Shown here piece after piece: positions 34,021 to 39,184 of a stretch of 39,184 nucleotides of DNA. The notes below the pieces were generated by a model. That model saw nothing but the letters and a program-made list of their open reading frames with translations, did no database searches and was not told the DNA's origin. A program made the translations under genes and the position numbers. Source of the DNA: a virus. Positions within the stretch are counted from its first letter, which is position 1. Each line of letters begins with the position of its first letter. The DNA lies in the UHGV virus genome UHGV-1367746. The stretch is one strand, 5' to 3'.

Positions 34021-36702
34021 TTAAGCGAATGCAAAGTCTGAAGACAAGATGTCCTCGATATTCAGTTTACCTTTCTTCGGAAGCTCAGGCAACTTGTCGC
34101 GCTGGCTCTCGTGAAGCTGGTATTCAAACTGCTCGTAGAAGTCAAGCAGCACATCGTTGTCGCGGTAAGTCTCTACCATCGTCTCACGGACGCCACGGAA
34201 CAGATACTCAGCGTCAGCCGGGATGGTCCCGAAGCTATCGTGAATCACTGCGAATGACATCACGCCATACTTGCGGTGAGTGTGGACTACAGTCTTTCGG
34301 AGGTGGCTACCATCTTGTGAGTGGACGAAGTTCGGGCTAATGCCTGACTCCTGCTTGTGCTTGTCCAGCTCTTTCTTCGTGCCTTTGTTGACTGTAGGCT
34401 GAAGGTTGAATGACCCTAAGAACATCAGGTTCAGACGAGTGGTATCCTTCTTGCGGTATTCCTGCCATACCGGGAACCCATCAGGTGTGACCCAGTGTAC
34501 CGGAAGACAAGGCTTCAGGATTTCTCCAGTCTTCTTGTCCTTCACCTCAGCAGCCAGCAGCTTGGCAGCACCTTGAAGCCACTTCATCGCGTCAACCGCA
34601 GCAACTACTGTCACACTCACAGCTTCCCAAATCATCTTAGCCATGAAGCGAGACGCTTGGCTTGGTTCAGTGAACATAGCGCCAGACCCTGAGTCAATCG
34701 CTGGCATCACGATGTCCTCGTATACTTGGTCTGCGAAGCCGTACTCTTTCGACCCGTAGGCCAGAGTCATGACCGAACGCTTAGTGACCTTGCGTGACAT
34801 ACCGTAGGTCAGCCACTGACGGGCCAGCTCTCGTGTCCCCAGCTTGAGACGCTCGGTAATCTCACCAGTTTTCTTGTCCTCGTGAGTTGCCATCTCGTTG
34901 TCCGTACCGTTAACCAGCAGGACTTTGAGTTCCTCCTCAATGCGGTCAGACACAATGCGATAGATGTCTTGGACCTTACCGGATGGCGTTAGGTTTACTG
35001 CATGCCCACCGATGTGGTCACGAAGCATCGCGCTGAAGTGCTGAATCCCAGAGCAGGACCCATCGAAAGCTATCGGCAGCGAGCAGGAGTAAGACAAACC
35101 GTGGTGCATTACGCCAGCATACTCGAAGCAGAACGCTAGGAAGCAGAACGGAGAGTCTAACTTACCCCACCACTCAATGCTGTCCATCGGTGCCTTAGCG
35201 GTAGCCATGATGTTGTCGTGGTTATCTTCCACCCACTTGATGCGCTCCTCGAAGGTTACTTTATCAATACCCGCACAGTTTGCACCGTGGACCTTCAGCC
35301 ATTTGAAACCATCAGCACCAATAGGCTTACCGACTGCCAGAGTCAGGAGACCCTTTTGCATGTCGTTACCCTGAGGGTTGAACATCGGCACAGCGTAGAC
35401 GCGACCGCGCCAGTCCATGTTGTACGGAAACCAGATGGCCTTGAACTGAGAGAACTTGTTCGCTTGGTTAACGATAAAGCTCAGTGACAATCTACGTGAC
35501 TGCCGGGCCTTCTCTCGGCGGTAGATACCAGCAGCAGCCTTCTTCCATGCCTTGAGTTCCTCTTCAGTCTCACCCGCATAGTCTTCAGGCTTCAGTGGCT
35601 CCATCTGAGGGATGTCATCAATAGGTGTGTTGTTCAACTTCTCGACCATGTTCACCACGTCCAGCACCTTCTTGTTCACTTTCCAAGGTGTATTCTGGAT
35701 GATATTCACAGCGTCATAGACTTCAGGCATGTATACGTCTTCATAACGTGCCACCGCTGACTTAGACCCTAAGCGAATCAGGGGCAGCGGTCTGCGACCT
35801 TTGGCCCAGTACCCACCGCCTACGACACCAGTCCACGGCTTAGGTGGAACGACGCAAGGCTGGTAGACTGGAGCGATACCCGCAAGGCTGAATCCTCGTT
35901 GTGCCATCTTCTTGACCCAGCAGTCTGACAGGTGGACCATCTCTACGTCAGCCGCTGCATTGCCAGCACCGTACCGCTTAAGCTCGACCAGTTGTGTTGA
36001 CTGGATGACAATCTCAAGCATCTTGATGCCAACGTGGACAGCCTCTGTAGGACTCCAAGTCCCCCACGCATCTTCCAGTTGGCCTTGCTCCAGCATGGAT
36101 GCCTCGACCGCTTGCATGTAGGCTTTCTTGTAGGACGCCCCGGCCCGCTTATTCAGGTTATCAGCTATCGCCTTCTTGAAGTGCTCTTTCTCCTTGTCAC
36201 GGATGCGGCCGAAGCGGATTTCGTCCTCAAGTGTGCGACCTATCGCGGAGGCCATCGGTGTAATCGGTATCCCTTCAGGCTTGACCAGCTTGGAGAGTAT
36301 GACCTTCAGTATGATAACCGCAGCAGACTCACATGAGATGCGCAGAGAGCGGTCCTTGACGGCCTTCTCTTCAGTGCTCAACATGGTGAACGCCACGCTA
36401 GGACGAGAGGTTGACAGCTTCCCGTCTGGCCCTTCATGCCACTCCCTTACGGCTTGCGCAATCTTAGGGACCAGAGTCTGCATCAAAGGCTTGGCGACCT
36501 GATTGTCTGCCAGTTCCCCGCGCTCAGTCTGGCGCTCAAGGTTCTTGATGAAACGTCGCTCGCCTTCAGTGTATGCCTCGTGCTCAAGCTGAAGCTGTTT
36601 GACTGCAAGGTCTTGCCCGTAGTGGTCAGCCAGCAGGTTAAACGGCTCAATGGCGTTCGACACATCAGAGAAGTCGTGTTTTTCAATAGAGATGACGCTC
36701 AT
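34021..36702 (-). CDS. Single-subunit DNA-directed RNA polymerase (T7 RNAP-like, gene 1)
   Basis: 893 aa; extensive identity to T7 RNAP (DFSD, PFN.LADHYG, IWFPYNMDWRGRVYAV.MFNPQGNDM.KGLLTLA.GKPIG, WLK.HGANCAG.DKV.F.ERIK..E.NH.NIMA, DSPFCFLAFCFEYAGV.HHGLSY.CSLP.AFDGSCSGIQHFSAMLRD, RSVMTLAYGSKE.GF, HDSFGT, C-terminal FAFA). Confidence 0.98.
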   Translation of the reverse strand: MSVISIEKHDFSDVSNAIEPFNLLADHYGQDLAVKQLQLEHEAYTEGERRFIKNLERQTERGELADNQVAKPLMQTLVPKIAQAVREWHEGPDGKLSTSRPSVAFTMLSTEEKAVKDRSLRISCESAAVIILKVILSKLVKPEGIPITPMASAIGRTLEDEIRFGRIRDKEKEHFKKAIADNLNKRAGASYKKAYMQAVEASMLEQGQLEDAWGTWSPTEAVHVGIKMLEIVIQSTQLVELKRYGAGNAAADVEMVHLSDCWVKKMAQRGFSLAGIAPVYQPCVVPPKPWTGVVGGGYWAKGRRPLPLIRLGSKSAVARYEDVYMPEVYDAVNIIQNTPWKVNKKVLDVVNMVEKLNNTPIDDIPQMEPLKPEDYAGETEEELKAWKKAAAGIYRREKARQSRRLSLSFIVNQANKFSQFKAIWFPYNMDWRGRVYAVPMFNPQGNDMQKGLLTLAVGKPIGADGFKWLKVHGANCAGIDKVTFEERIKWVEDNHDNIMATAKAPMDSIEWWGKLDSPFCFLAFCFEYAGVMHHGLSYSCSLPIAFDGSCSGIQHFSAMLRDHIGGHAVNLTPSGKVQDIYRIVSDRIEEELKVLLVNGTDNEMATHEDKKTGEITERLKLGTRELARQWLTYGMSRKVTKRSVMTLAYGSKEYGFADQVYEDIVMPAIDSGSGAMFTEPSQASRFMAKMIWEAVSVTVVAAVDAMKWLQGAAKLLAAEVKDKKTGEILKPCLPVHWVTPDGFPVWQEYRKKDTTRLNLMFLGSFNLQPTVNKGTKKELDKHKQESGISPNFVHSQDGSHLRKTVVHTHRKYGVMSFAVIHDSFGTIPADAEYLFRGVRETMVETYRDNDVLLDFYEQFEYQLHESQRDKLPELPKKGKLNIEDILSSDFAFA

Positions 36703-36771
36703 ACTTAAAGTCCTTGTTATTAGTCTTTCACTTAAAGTCTCTTTGGTCTTTCACTTGGAGTCTTAGACCTT

Positions 36772-36794
36772 GAGTCCTATAGTGATAGTTAAGT
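36772..36794 (-). promoter_or_regulatory. Phage RNAP promoter located directly upstream of the RNAP gene, +1 at 36777
   Basis: Minus-strand ACTTAACTATCACTATAGGACTC, 75 nt upstream of gene 1 ATG; full match to family core CACTATAGG. Confidence 0.65.
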
Positions 36795-36799
36795 CATAA

Positions 36800-37126
36800 T
36801 TACTTGCATATCAGAGGGTTAGCGTGAAGATGACTGAAGTCACCGTGAGTCGTGTGCTTGATGGTTGACCGTTGGTCTATCGCCTTCCAGCCTGAGACCA
36901 GAAGTTTACCATCGTCGGTGATTGGTCGTCCACCATACGCCAGACACATCAGCTCGGACTTATGGCCCTCTGCCCTGAGTCGTGCCTGTAGTACACGGTC
37001 CCGCTCCTGCTGTTGACGTGCGGTGTGACTTGACGTTCCGTGACGATACCCGGTAGCCAGTAGGCTTAACATGTTCATTTCTGCGTCCATAGAGCGTACC
37101 AAATTAATCCCGTATGACTTGTTCAT
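36800..37126 (-). CDS. Hypothetical early protein (ORFan)
   Basis: 108 aa ORF between ocr and RNAP; start ATG abuts stop of upstream ORF; no recognised homolog (T7 has 0.7 kinase here, which is absent). Confidence 0.6.
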   Translation of the reverse strand: MNKSYGINLVRSMDAEMNMLSLLATGYRHGTSSHTARQQQERDRVLQARLRAEGHKSELMCLAYGGRPITDDGKLLVSGWKAIDQRSTIKHTTHGDFSHLHANPLICK

Positions 37127-37323
37127 TACAGTTTGCTCCCAAGAGTTGCTATATCCCAGACGTTCGCTAAGTTACGCGCGAATCGCCCATTAGGTTGGCG
37201 TACAGTCCAGCGGCCCAGACGTGCATAGTTGAATTTATAGACTTTACGTGCCTTGTTGATGTCTCTCATCAGCATGTAGGCGATAAGTCCATAGCCTATG
37301 GCTATCAATAGTTCGATACTCAT
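37126..37323 (-). CDS. Hypothetical small membrane protein (early ORFan)
   Basis: 65 aa; N-terminal hydrophobic helix IELLIAIGYGLIAYMLM followed by basic region. Confidence 0.55.
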   Translation of the reverse strand: MSIELLIAIGYGLIAYMLMRDINKARKVYKFNYARLGRWTVRQPNGRFARNLANVWDIATLGSKL

Positions 37324-37442
37324 AGTGATTTCCGTTTAATACAATCGTATATCCCATAACCTATCATCCAGATAACTGGCGCTAGGCATACCAAATATCC
37401 CACACTCATAGTTAACCCCTATCAATGTAAGTGATAATCTTT

Positions 37443-37468
37443 GAGGCCACCTATCAGTCGATGACCTC
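37443..37468 (-). promoter_or_regulatory. Conserved RNA hairpin (candidate RNase III site) in early region
   Basis: Minus RNA GAGGUCAUC-GACUGAUA-GGUGGCCUC, 9-bp stem with 2 G.U pairs; same stem core as other family members. Confidence 0.45.
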
Positions 37469-37611
37469 TCGTTTATCACTCAGTATCCACCTGTCAGCGT
37501 TATGGTCAAGCTATGGTGATTAGCCACGTAGCAAGCCCCGCGCTTCATCATCTCGTAGCACCCATCGTAGAACGCCTGTTCACTGCTATAAGTTATCTGG
37601 TACATTTCTGC

Positions 37612-37845
37612 TTACCCTTGGAATCCTACAGTGTTAGGCCACAGCGTAACGGTCCTACGCTTGGAGGTGATAAGGTCGGTAAATGATATCCGATATGCTG
37701 TGCCCTCAGGTGCTAGTATGTTGCCCTCATAGACCGCTTTCAGGTGGCGCATAGTCGCATCGTGGTTTAACTGCCCGGTCTTGACCATAAGCCGGGCGTT
37801 GGTGACGTGGTGCTGGCAGAGACCATAAGTCACTATCACTCGCAA
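37612..37845 (-). CDS. Hypothetical early protein (ORFan)
   Basis: 77 aa ORF immediately after ocr; start may be internal (overlaps ocr 3' end by 10 nt). Confidence 0.5.
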   Translation of the reverse strand: MRVIVTYGLCQHHVTNARLMVKTGQLNHDATMRHLKAVYEGNILAPEGTAYRISFTDLITSKRRTVTLWPNTVGFQG

Positions 37846-38180
37846 TCCTCCTCGTCTGCCTCTTCATCCTCAAACCAGACCACATCCGAGCTATTAGACA
37901 CGTCGTTATAAAGCGCCTCATAGATGCGGGCTTGCAGTATACGCGTTACATCCTTGGTTTCAGGCATCAGCCCAGAGTCCTCAAACTCGTGGTCTATACC
38001 ATCAGCAGCCATTACCGTGAAAATCTCGTGGTAATAGTGCGGAACCATATAGTCTACGACTTCATGCAGCGCATCGTAATAATCATCGCCTTCAGCTATT
38101 TCGTCGTACTGAATACGCTCATTGAACAGCTCAACGGTTGCAGCCAGCAGGTCATAGTATGCGTTAGCGTTACGTTCCAT
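37836..38180 (-). CDS. ocr: Ocr-like DNA-mimic anti-restriction protein (gp0.3)
   Basis: 114 aa, highly acidic; similarity to T7 Ocr (N.R.QYDEI...DD..DA.HE..D..VPHYY..IF.VMA..GID.EFEDSGLMP.TKDV.RILQARIYE, acidic C-terminus); first early gene position. Confidence 0.9.
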   Translation of the reverse strand: MERNANAYYDLLAATVELFNERIQYDEIAEGDDYYDALHEVVDYMVPHYYHEIFTVMAADGIDHEFEDSGLMPETKDVTRILQARIYEALYNDVSNSSDVVWFEDEEADEEDCE

Positions 38181-38261
38181 ATTTATATCCTCTCAAAGTT
38201 AATTGTGTGTATGTTAGTGACTATCAATCAGGCCGCTATGAGTCTAACGACCTGTAGTTAA

Positions 38262-38438
38262 TCACTGGCAATTGAACGCATGGTTCAGGCACTTATTGAA
38301 CGCGTCCTGCGCTTGCTCACGGCTATCCCACTCAGTCTTAGACAATCCGTAGATTATCACATGCTTAGTGCGATACTTATAGTCGTTAGCCGTATACCAG
38401 ATTACGCCCAGTTCTTCGTTCATCGCTATGATTTTCAT
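38262..38438 (-). CDS. Small hypothetical early protein (58 aa)
   Basis: ATG at 38438 to TGA at 38262-38264; preceded by the same leader element (hairpin plus TTGATAGTCACTAAC) that precedes ocr; not in ORF track (below 60 aa). Confidence 0.35.
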   Translation of the reverse strand: MKIIAMNEELGVIWYTANDYKYRTKHVIIYGLSKTEWDSREQAQDAFNKCLNHAFNCQ

Positions 38439-38619
38439 AATGTTACCCTATTTAAGTTAGTGACTATCAGTCAAGGCCTTCAGATGTAGACTCAAAGACC
38501 CTGTAGTTAGTCGCTATCGGCGCACATTAAGAGTTTATCCAGATTGTTAAAGAGCATTCGCGTTGGCTGTCGTCGCCGTGCTATCCCGTTTCAGTGTTGG
38601 GACTCACTGTCGTTTCGAT

Positions 38620-38656
38620 GTGGTACAGCTTACAGCTTTTAAAGGAGGCTGTCAAC
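38620..38656 (-). promoter_or_regulatory. Candidate host sigma70 early promoter (T7 A3-like)
   Basis: Minus strand TTGACA-N17-TAAGCT then GTACCACATCGAAACGACAGTGAGTC, which closely resembles my recollection of the T7 A3 promoter start region. Confidence 0.5.
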
Positions 38657-38766
38657 CTGTTATTCTTTTATGCGGTGAGTGACCGAATTCGACTCACAGC
38701 TGGTGCCTTATCCTTGGCTGGTCTCGGGCAGGTTTCTCGGTTCCTATCCCTACGCCATCTTGCTAC

Positions 38767-38804
38767 GTGGTACATACTACTTTAAGTCGGTACAGCTTGT
38801 CAAC
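38767..38804 (-). promoter_or_regulatory. Candidate host sigma70 early promoter (T7 A2-like)
   Basis: Minus strand TTGACA-N18-TAGTAT followed by GTACCACGTAGC; shares downstream motif with promoter at 38620. Confidence 0.45.
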
Positions 38805-38906
38805 TGCTTCTGTCATCTGCCTGTTGTTCGTATGACTTATCAGGCTGTCTACTTAACCGGGATGACCCGGCGTCTTCACTATCGGTTGTTGCCGTGTCGT
38901 GTTGAC

Positions 38907-38943
38907 GGAATCTATTAAGCCATAGTCTAGACCTGTAGTCAAT
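38907..38943 (-). promoter_or_regulatory. Candidate host sigma70 early promoter (A1-like)
   Basis: Minus strand TTGACT-N17-CTTAAT; most upstream of three tandem candidates at the genome left end. Confidence 0.35.
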
Positions 38944-39080
38944 AGGTAATTTGAAATAATATTGAGTAAGCTATCGTCGGCCCCATGGTGTAAGAGGATA
39001 TAGTCTTTGACTAACATGTCTTTGACCTTAAGTCTATAGCTGTGTGTCGATTAACTGTAGGCCTTTGACTGTAGGCGTTG

Positions 39081-39184
39081 GTGTCTTATGGTTGTGACTT
39101 ATGGTTGTGACTTATGGTTGTGACTTATGGTTGTGACTTATGGTTGTGACTTATGGTTGTGACTTATGGTTGTGACTTATGGTT
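39081..39184. repeat. Tandem array of 13-mer gtgacttatggtt (7 perfect copies plus 1 variant gtgtcttatggtt) at window end (terminal repeat region)
   Basis: Direct reading 39081-39184; same unit as positions 1-52, so both genome ends carry the array. Confidence 0.9.

Noticed and set aside
38462-38474. Fourth sigma70-like -35 hexamer (TTGACT on minus strand) just upstream of the 58-aa early ORF
   Set aside because: No acceptable -10 hexamer at 16-18 bp spacing; the element is more likely part of the duplicated leader/hairpin unit.

Overview
This window reads as a near-complete genome of a T7-like podovirus (Autographiviridae, T7 supergroup), given as the reverse complement of the usual T7 map. 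Every credible gene is on the minus strand, and gene order is colinear with T7 from high to low coordinates: ocr (0.3), early ORFans, RNA polymerase (gene 1), 1.1/1.2, ligase (1.3), 1.6/1.7, gp2, SSB (2.5), endonuclease I (3), lysozyme (3.5), primase-helicase (4), DNA polymerase (5), 5.5/5.7, exonuclease (6), 6.5/6.7/7/7.3, portal (8), scaffold (9), capsid (10A/10B), tail tubular A/B (11/12), internal virion proteins (13-16), tailspike (17), holin (17.5), small terminase (18), spanins (18.5/18.7) and large terminase (19). Regulatory architecture is also T7-like: 11 copies of a phage-RNAP promoter with its own consensus (about CTAAACTATCACTATAGGGAGA on the minus strand), TE-like and Tphi-like terminators, sigma70-type early promoters near the high-coordinate end, a family of conserved hairpins resembling RNase III sites, and a tandem 13-bp repeat array at both window ends. 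Accessory content includes two free-standing HNH endonucleases, a DUF3850-like gene between the tail tubular genes, several ORFans in the early and class II regions, a gp16 N-terminal domain replacement, and a tailspike with a non-T7 C-terminal domain. No tRNA, rRNA or CRISPR array was seen. Homology calls rest on by-eye comparison with remembered T7 protein sequences and on synteny; no database search was run. I could not single out one clearly new system; the early ORFan cluster between ocr and the RNA polymerase gene is the best candidate for uncharacterised host-takeover or anti-defence functions.
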